64,000 nt of DNA from a virus (Duplodnaviria; Heunggongvirae; Uroviricota; Caudoviricetes), in IMG/VR virus record IMGVR_UViG_3300022187_000019, one strand, 5' to 3'. A model generated the notes under the pieces. The model did not search any database, was not told the origin of the DNA, and saw nothing but the letters and a program-made list of their open reading frames with translations. Positions 63,278-64,000 of the stretch are shown here, piece after piece. Position numbers and translations under genes: made by a program. The stretch's first letter is position 1. Every line of letters begins with the position of its first letter.

Positions 63278-63481
63278 ATGCCCAAGTTTTTCGTTGATTA
63301 TACGGTGACGGAATTCACGCACCAGCGCGTCGTCGTGGAAGCGGAGACGGCGGAACAGGCCCTCGAACTCATGTATGAATATGAGGTGGACCTGTCCGAA
63401 TCGTGGCAGATCGACTCGATGAAATACGAGATCGATTATGTCGAGATCACCGGCACGGTGGCGGAGGACGCGAAGGCATGA
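63278..63481 (+). CDS. hypothetical protein
   Basis: 67 aa. Confidence 0.55.
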   Translation: MPKFFVDYTVTEFTHQRVVVEAETAEQALELMYEYEVDLSESWQIDSMKYEIDYVEITGTVAEDAKA

Positions 63482-63684
63482 CGACGCCCGCGATGCCGGA
63501 CGCGATCCGCGCAACCATCATTAACGCCCTGCACTGCCACGGCGATGCCGTCTTTCAGGGGTCGCAATATGGCGACTATTCCGAGGAGGAGTTGCACGAC
63601 TCCAATATGGAAATCGCCGCCGCACTAGAATGGCTGGGCGAAGCGGAGTCCGCCGCATCCTTTCGGACGGCTGGCGGTGAGTAA
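63478..63684 (+). CDS. hypothetical protein
   Basis: ATGA coupling; about 68 aa. Confidence 0.45.
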   Translation: MTTPAMPDAIRATIINALHCHGDAVFQGSQYGDYSEEELHDSNMEIAAALEWLGEAESAASFRTAGGE

Positions 63685-63862
63685 GCGCCACCGCGTCGCC
63701 GTCGTCCATTGCCCGGACGGTTTCCTGCGTCAGCGCGTCCTATCGCGCTGGGCAACCATAGCGGAGGCGGAGGCGGAAATCGCCCGCATAGAGCGCGAGG
63801 AAGACCCGCAAGGCGTCCCAAGGGGCGACTATGGGATTGATCCGCCGGAGGATATGATTTGA
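63677..63862 (+). CDS. hypothetical protein (GTG start)
   Basis: 61 aa. Confidence 0.35.
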   Translation: MSKRHRVAVVHCPDGFLRQRVLSRWATIAEAEAEIARIEREEDPQGVPRGDYGIDPPEDMI

Positions 63863-63863
63863 G

Positions 63864-63889
63864 GGGGCTAACGCCCCCTCTTTCTTTTT
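63864..63889 (+). terminator. rho-independent terminator
   Basis: GGGGGC-TAAC-GCCCCC followed by TCTTTCTTTTT. Confidence 0.7.
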
Positions 63890-63898
63890 GTGGAATAA

Positions 63899-63956
63899 GT
63901 GCTTGACCGAATCAGTCCCTTCGCCTAGAAACGAATCAACAGCAAGGAGACAGACA
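63899..63956 (+). promoter_or_regulatory. conserved promoter+leader module
   Basis: TTGACC-17-TAGAAA-CGAATCAACAGCAAGGAGACAGACA-ATG. Confidence 0.6.
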
Positions 63957-64000
63957 ATGTTCAAGGTTTATCGCTCTTCCGTCCGCGAAGTCGGTCCCAG
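63957..64000 (+). CDS. hypothetical protein, 5' fragment (runs off the window)
   Basis: MFKVYRSSVREVGP... Confidence 0.35.
   Translation, partial: MFKVYRSSVREVGP

Overview
This window is best read as a ~64 kb segment of a temperate, tailed phage or prophage of a high-GC (~62%) alphaproteobacterium. It carries a tyrosine integrase, an excisionase-like gene and an attP-like site matching the 3' half of a tRNA-Lys(CTT). The main parts, in order:

- **1–1600:** a 14-member tRNA array on the + strand with its own consensus promoter.
- **1600–4100:** tail-fibre-like genes.
- **4000–5300 (− strand):** a membrane protein and a DGQHR/ParB-like protein.
- **5400–6835:** a non-coding RNA locus. It contains a promoter, a hairpin whose loop is antisense to the phage's own conserved ribosome-binding leader, an aberrant tRNA-like element, a circularly permuted two-piece tmRNA (tag ANDNEVVEMRLAA, stop TGA), and a further structured region ending in a strong terminator.
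- **6800–14800 (+ strand):** an HslV-like Ntn-hydrolase, a 1052-aa primase/SF3-helicase, the RNA ligase RtcB, and small membrane, zinc-finger and HTH genes.
- **14.8–55.6 kb (− strand):** about 110 mostly small genes, many behind an almost invariant promoter-plus-leader module. Recognisable products include NAD+ salvage (NadV and NadM-Nudix), the integrase/xis/att junction, a DEDD exonuclease / Bcs1-like AAA+ ATPase / SLOG(DUF2493) cassette next to the att site, nucleotide metabolism (NT5C phosphatase, HD hydrolase, DUF1937, a thioredoxin-fold protein), an SPFH-domain lipoprotein, a Tat-signal protein, and free-standing GIY-YIG and HNH homing endonucleases.
- **55.6–56.2 kb:** a divergent control region with a GTGATG repeat array and an AT-rich tract.
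- **56.2–64 kb (+ strand):** an operon with a RuvC-like resolvase and terminase small and large subunits, then a 1.5 kb non-coding region packed with two families of phased direct repeats, then more small genes behind the same promoter module.

All calls come from reading the sequence and the supplied ORF translations; no database search was run.
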